64,000 bases of DNA. It comes from Deltaproteobacteria bacterium (GTDB lineage: Bacteria > Bdellovibrionota > FAC87 > UBA2466). Shown piece after piece: positions 62,726-64,000 of the stretch. The position numbers and the translations under genes are program-made. Below the pieces are notes generated by a model. It made no database searches. It was not told the origin of the DNA and saw only the letters and a list, made by a program, of their open reading frames with translations. Every line of letters begins with the position of its first letter. The first letter of the stretch is position 1. Location of the stretch: positions 70-64,069 of the forward strand of contig JACPWY010000055.1 of assembly GCA_016196825.1 (NCBI GenBank), read 5' to 3'.

Positions 62726-63598
62726 TCATCTACTGGTTTCTAAAGCTCGACCATCCTGCCCATGGCTTTTGCCCCTTCCCCAATCAACCCTGGGGGTAAT
62801 TTGCGGCCTCTCCCACCGAGGAAAATCCAGGCATGCTTTGGCGAGATTGTGGGCTCTGCACAGGAGCCTGAGGTTTTCTAGATCGCGACTGCTCCCACCC
62901 AAAGCGTATGGCCGAATGTGATCGATCTGGAGATGTGCGGTTTGGTTGCACCGAACGCCGTTCGGACCGACATACGAGCATTGATAACCATCACGATCTT
63001 TTACCTCTTTCGCCGTATGTGCAAGTACCCGGTGCGTGTGACGTGGCGTGACGGTGTTCCGGGTTTTCTTCTGTCTCACGAAGCTTTTGAGTACTCTTTT
63101 TAAGAGCACAGCTCCATCCTTTTCCGAGGCGAGTCTCTTTGCCTGTTCGAGAAGTTCTTTGAGTTCCTCGTCTAAGACGATTTTCAAAATCTCCTTTTGG
63201 ATCTTTTCAGGAAATTCCTTGGCCAAGATATCCGCCACCTCCCGGGATGGTTTGTTGATGACCTTGGGAAGAAGGTCTTGAGCGTTAGACTTCTCAAGAA
63301 CAGGAGAAAGCAGAGTGAGAGAGGTTAAAGACAGAGTCCCGTTCTCAAGAAGAGGCTTCACCTCGACTACTTTTTGACTCAGCCGACAGGCCTGAATTCG
63401 TCGGTGGGTTTCCCCCTCGGAGTACCCAAGATATCGAATACAAAAATCATAAAGACTGGCGTAGCCTTCCTTGAGCCACAGCCGGCGACGATCCACTTCA
63501 CCCAAGTAATCAAGGACCCGACTAGTCTGAGTCTTTTCCTTAAGCACCGCAGTCTTTGTTTCAACCAATAGAGTTTCATCACAGATATTTTCAAACAT
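62726..63598 (-). CDS. HNH endonuclease (DUF222-like N-terminal helical domain plus HNH)
   Basis: Trimmed to ATG 63598 (GAGAGG upstream). HNH core CSYVGPNGVRCNQTAHLQIDHIRPYALGGSSRDLENLRLLCRAHN. Confidence 0.8.
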   Translation of the reverse strand: MFENICDETLLVETKTAVLKEKTQTSRVLDYLGEVDRRRLWLKEGYASLYDFCIRYLGYSEGETHRRIQACRLSQKVVEVKPLLENGTLSLTSLTLLSPVLEKSNAQDLLPKVINKPSREVADILAKEFPEKIQKEILKIVLDEELKELLEQAKRLASEKDGAVLLKRVLKSFVRQKKTRNTVTPRHTHRVLAHTAKEVKDRDGYQCSYVGPNGVRCNQTAHLQIDHIRPYALGGSSRDLENLRLLCRAHNLAKACLDFPRWERPQITPRVDWGRGKSHGQDGRALETSR

Positions 63599-63908
63599 AG
63601 AACCTCTCAATTGAGATGACTCTAACCCGAGTTTTTGACGATGCATTTTTCACTGCAAAAAACCCAATGAAATCGCAAGATGGTCACAGAAAATTGATAG
63701 TTTTTGAAAACAGAAAAAATATCCCCTCAAAAATCGATCTGACTACAACGACTTACCGTCGATAAATCTGAACAACATCGGGATTTCGTCAATCACAAAA
63801 TGGAATTTCTGAATATTTTTTTACTAAAAATGTGAGCGCTTCATAAACCGCACCTGGAAGTCGTAAATCCGAATCCTTATGCTGGGCCCATTAAGGAGGT
63901 CTGGCAGA

Positions 63909-64000
63909 TGGGTCCAATCAATCAGGAAAAAGAGAAGTTTTGGCGGGCGAAGATGGCCGAGGCGAAGGAGCACGGCGGCTCGATTGACGGGTTTTGTAGG
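63909..64000 (+). CDS. 5' end of an ORF running off the right edge; N-terminus resembles HTH accessory proteins of IS elements
   Basis: Strong SD TTAAGGAGG (63890-63898) lies 10 nt before ATG 63909. MGPINQEKEKFWRAKMAEAKEHGGSIDGFCR resembles the W..k..e...sG.S...FCr opening of IS66/IS3-type TnpA/Orf1 proteins. Only 30 codons are visible. Confidence 0.35.

Overview
GC-rich bacterial chromosomal segment with one tRNA and no rRNA or CRISPR. I can support about 60 genes. All family assignments come from motif recognition by eye; no search was run. Gene content (yicC-remA-gmk-rel block, a choice-of-anchor-D-type giant surface protein, many secreted peptidases) suggests a Bdellovibrionota/Myxococcota-type genome, but that is inference only.
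Layout:
(1) 1-1.9 kb: truncated HNH-family gene, an inverted-repeat cluster, and a DUF6516/TumE-like plus HTH two-gene module.
(2) 2.1-8.6 kb: two tandem paralogous secreted S8 subtilases, then an orphan ~1,200-aa multi-pass membrane protein.
(3) 8.6-15.3 kb: housekeeping block rel, gmk, remA, yicC, miaA, mutL.
(4) 15.4-18 kb: small lipoprotein, Phd-VapC, DUF4143 ATPase.
(5) 18-22.9 kb: one operon of hypothetical, two acyl-CoA dehydrogenases, pgi, FHA-GGDEF cyclase.
(6) 23-27.3 kb: legumain-like C13 peptidase, tRNA-Ser(CGA), two secreted hypotheticals, GT4 glycosyltransferase.
(7) 27.4-39.5 kb: the most striking object in the window, a PilZ gene followed by an 11.5-kb gene for a 3,847-aa lipoprotein built from 8 + ~25 tandem Cys-paired beta-sandwich modules.
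(8) 39.5-49.1 kb: RNase HI with a C-terminal hybrid-binding domain, then a reductive pyrimidine catabolism cluster (mmsA, dihydropyrimidinase, beta-ureidopropionase, AGXT2-like transaminase, preA, NCS1 permease). The cluster is split by a VapBC pair and lacks preT.
(9) 49-54.3 kb: accessory-looking patch with an HTTM-like membrane protein, a 132-bp nested inverted repeat, secreted hypotheticals, a GH26 lipoprotein, start-less or frameshifted ORF remnants, and a nucleotidyltransferase module.
(10) 54.3-62.5 kb: one tightly coupled minus-strand cluster for the eukaryote-type kynurenine to 2-aminomuconate pathway, plus an M24-like hydrolase, an FCY1-type cytosine deaminase and a CxxCH lipoprotein.
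(11) Right edge: a second HNH-family paralog, an AT-rich spacer and the start of an IS-accessory-like ORF.
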